NCBI GenBank assembly: GCA_012295275.1
Contig: CM022674.1
Span: 9,238,001-9,302,000, forward strand
Source of the DNA: Chrysomallon squamiferum
Taxonomy: Eukaryota; Animalia; Mollusca
Reading direction: 5' to 3'
DNA: 64,000 nt
The translations under genes and the position numbers were made by a program. The notes beneath the pieces are model-generated. The model was not told where the DNA came from, did not search any database, and saw only the letters and a list, made by a program, of their open reading frames with translations. Shown here in pieces: positions 61,101 through 64,000 of the stretch (its first letter is position 1; each line of letters opens with the position of its first letter).

Positions 61101-62963
61101 TTGCAACACCAAAGTGAATGTCATACATAATAAAAATTAATGGTTAATAGAGCCTTTACCTTAATTCCAAGATCAGCTTTGATGATTCCAGTTACTGCAT
61201 CCACAATGAGGGCATTGGTAATAACACAGTCAAGTGATTCAGAACATGATCTGTTTGCTCCCTGCCCCATCCCTTCTCGCAAAACCTAAATGAATATAAC
61301 AATTAACAATCAACAGCAGTGTGCACATTATCAAAGGGTTTATTATTTATTAAGATATGTGAAATTTGTTAATCATAAATATTGTTTTAAATAAATAATT
61401 TGATATTTAGATATCTAACCTTTCCACCTCCAAACTTGAGTTCATCTCCATGACTTGTACAGTCTTTCTCCACTTCTATCACAAGATCTGTGTCACCAAG
61501 CCGAACCTAAAATGACACAAAATACTAACACAGAGCTTATCTCACTTGTTCTCAAATGCACTTTCTAATTTTGACACTACTCATCTGGATTCTCATGTCG
61601 CAAATTATTTCTCTCACACCAAAATCTTGACTAATTATTTGCACCATCAAAGATTTTAAAACGAGTTGTCTTTAAGATGTTATTATGTGTGTGTGTATGT
61701 GTGTGTGTGTGTGTGTGTGTTGTCATCTTAAAGCCTAATTAAAGCCTTCCACTTTTTTGAGCTGTGAATCAATCCAAAGGCTGCTGGCTAGTTATACATA
61801 CACCTTCAAAAGCAGTTCATGCATGTGTGCATAAACATGTACATACTTTAAATTGTTTACCTTGTCACCAGTGGTTGGTCCAAATGTGTGAATATATTTA
61901 AAACCACTGACCACTGCTGGCTCTGCTGGAGAAATGCAAGTCTGAAAATTAATTGAAAATAGAAACAAATAATAAAAAGGATAGTCTTAAAATATAAAAA
62001 TAAACAAACATCTGAACCCTCTGTTAAAATAATAAAGAAGAAAAACAAAAATACTTGTTTTTGACTGAATCATTCTAGGTAACAGTTATCAATATAATCT
62101 CTCTCTTTTACTTGCAGAGTAATCACAAACACAAAATAAACACACAAACACCAAGACAGATGTGTGTGTGTGTAAGTTCATGCATGTTGTAAGCTGGTTT
62201 ACAATATACAATCTTTCTCATGTATTCAAATAAAAAAACTCATCTTTTTTATCTCTCTCAAATACACACACAATACAATCCATTTCCACAAAGCATACAA
62301 GTGTTTCACTCTCTGAAATAAACTGATTATGCAGCTACCTGAATTTTATGTCTAAATCCTTCTTTTTCTATTTTTGCTTCAATCACTTTCACCTTTTCCA
62401 AGTCAACTTTCCCATCACAAATACCATTACCTCCATGTACAATCCTGAAATGAGATTAACAAGATTATTAGTATTAATTTCGCAGTAATTATTACTTTCA
62501 CTTTGTATATATATCTATATATATATATATAAAACAGAAATTAAATAAATTACCAACAACAAAATAATAATAATAATTTTACTGTTTTAAAAAAAATCCA
62601 GAAACACTAGAAAACATTTATAAACAAGAATGATTATTTTGTTTTAAATGAAAAATAAGAGAAATTCAAACCTGTTCCCACCAATATTAACCAAGGACAC
62701 AGTTCTTTCATCTCCTGGCTCAAATCGAACAGCTGTACCTGGTATGATATCCTGAAAGGAATGTCAGGATAAATTAAAAACTTATCAAAATGAAGAGTAT
62801 TACAACTTTCTCTTCAGCCATACTGACTAGTCTATGTTTATACAGAGAATAAAAAATATGATGTAATGAAATATAAAATACTTACCAATCTTCTGCCATA
62901 AGCAGCAAGTCTATCAAACTCCAGAGCCTTGTTTACTTCAATGAAATGATAATGACTTCCCAC
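56112..62963 (-). CDS. Urease, eukaryotic single-chain type; beta and alpha regions in ~18 exons, 5' part beyond window end
   Basis: [28 protein letters not shown]|VRLGDT, KFGGGK|[66 protein letters not shown]|[28 protein letters not shown] (stop 56112-56114). Confidence 0.97.
57849..57925. repeat. Truncated copy of the MITE-like arm at 63850-63975
   Basis: AAGAAAGAAAGAAAGAAACGAAA.AGTT.GCATA.ATATAGCTGCC.TA.TTCTTTAGTA shared. Confidence 0.75.
59850..60430 (-). mobile_element. Decayed L2/CR1-group LINE ORF2 remnant in a urease intron
   Basis: Minus-strand [14 protein letters not shown] / [14 protein letters not shown] / [11 protein letters not shown] (60270-60420) and [13 protein letters not shown] / RTDY / LQLVQ / [15 protein letters not shown] (59920-60090), matching L2-type RT N-terminal and C-terminal motifs. 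Confidence 0.8.
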
Positions 62964-63677
62964 CTACAGGATAAAAATTTAATGTTAGCAAGTTAAACAT
63001 TTAAATGGAATCAATATAAAAACCAAATATTCATAGTAACATTTAATTATATTTATTTTTCTTAGATTGAAATATTTGTTTTTTCAAAAAAGTCAAATGT
63101 TAGATATACACATATAAATGTTTAATAAAGTTGCTTCTTTGCCATCCTCAGTGAAAATGTTTTAAATAAAATTTTTTATATATACAGCAGGCCAACTATA
63201 CAAGATTATTATCATGCAAAACAAATATATTGGAAGTACTGAAATACTATCCTATAATACTGTTATTCTAAATATCATTTATAAATAGACTTCATAAATT
63301 TCAGCAAAATTTGTTAATTAATTCAACTCATTTTGAAAATGACATATTACAATTTTAGATACTATTCTTTAAGTTTGATATTCATATAGATCTTTTTACT
63401 GAAAAGATCAATTACTATGGGGATGTCTTGATATTTAATAATGTTAACTATGAAATAATTTGCAGTTCTGAGTAATTACAAAAGTTAATTATTCCACTAT
63501 AACTTTAACTGAACATTTAAGGAAAATACATTATGAGTAGAGGGGTAATCGTGACAAGAGAAAAAAAACTAAAAATACAAAATAAATAAAGTAAAGAAAG
63601 TAAAACAAAAACTTAATGAATATAAAAAGTAAATGAACTGCGAATATCTAGGTGAAATGGTCTATGAATATATATCC

Positions 63678-63975
63678 TGCAGACGTCACAAGCTGTACTG
63701 TGTTACCAAAGAACTACGGCAGCTTTATGTGTGTGAACTATTTCGTTTTATGCACACTGGATGTAGCTGTGACAATCGTAGAGGCGCTATACGCAGTAAC
63801 ATCTCAAAAGAAAAATGCATGTGCACGATTTTTTTAAAATTTTAGTTTCGTTTCTTTCTTTCTTATATATATATATATATATAAAGAAAGAAAGAAAGAA
63901 ACGAAACAGTTCGCATAAATATAGCTGCCGTAATTCTTTAGTAATACAATACTGAATACAGCTTGTGACGTCTGC
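63678..63975. mobile_element. MITE-like fold-back element in a urease intron
   Basis: TGCAGACGTCACAAGCTGTA...AAAGAACTACGGCAGCT.TAT...GAACT.TTTCGTTT (63678-63749) is the imperfect reverse complement of 63899-63975. Confidence 0.75.
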
Positions 63976-64000
63976 ATGCAACATAAATTGTATTAAAAGT

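Noticed and set aside
56112-62963. Urease as bacterial contamination or recent horizontal transfer
   Set aside because: Many spliceosomal introns containing host repeats, fused subunits and contiguity with animal genes.

Overview
AT-rich, intron-rich animal genomic DNA; a lophotrochozoan, probably a mollusc, is inferred from gene content. In order: 5' part of GIGYF (minus, runs off the left edge); a damaged AA15-type lytic polysaccharide monooxygenase gene (+); triosephosphate isomerase (-); an SLC22-family transporter (-); a secreted prohormone-like gene with about 31 tandem copies of a (KR/R)-GHSMK-GKR cassette (+); an A-B-A'-X-B' segmental duplication that copies DDOST exons 2-4 as an orphan fragment; intact DDOST/OST48 (+); a 4-exon, 126-aa secreted BRICHOS-like gene that the ORF track misses (+); and a spliced single-chain urease (minus, runs off the right edge). 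Tc1, hAT and L2-LINE remnants, several MITE-like inverted repeats and microsatellites fill introns and gaps. The strongest novelty candidate is the GHSMK-amide precursor. Exon coordinates were read by eye and may be off by a few bases.
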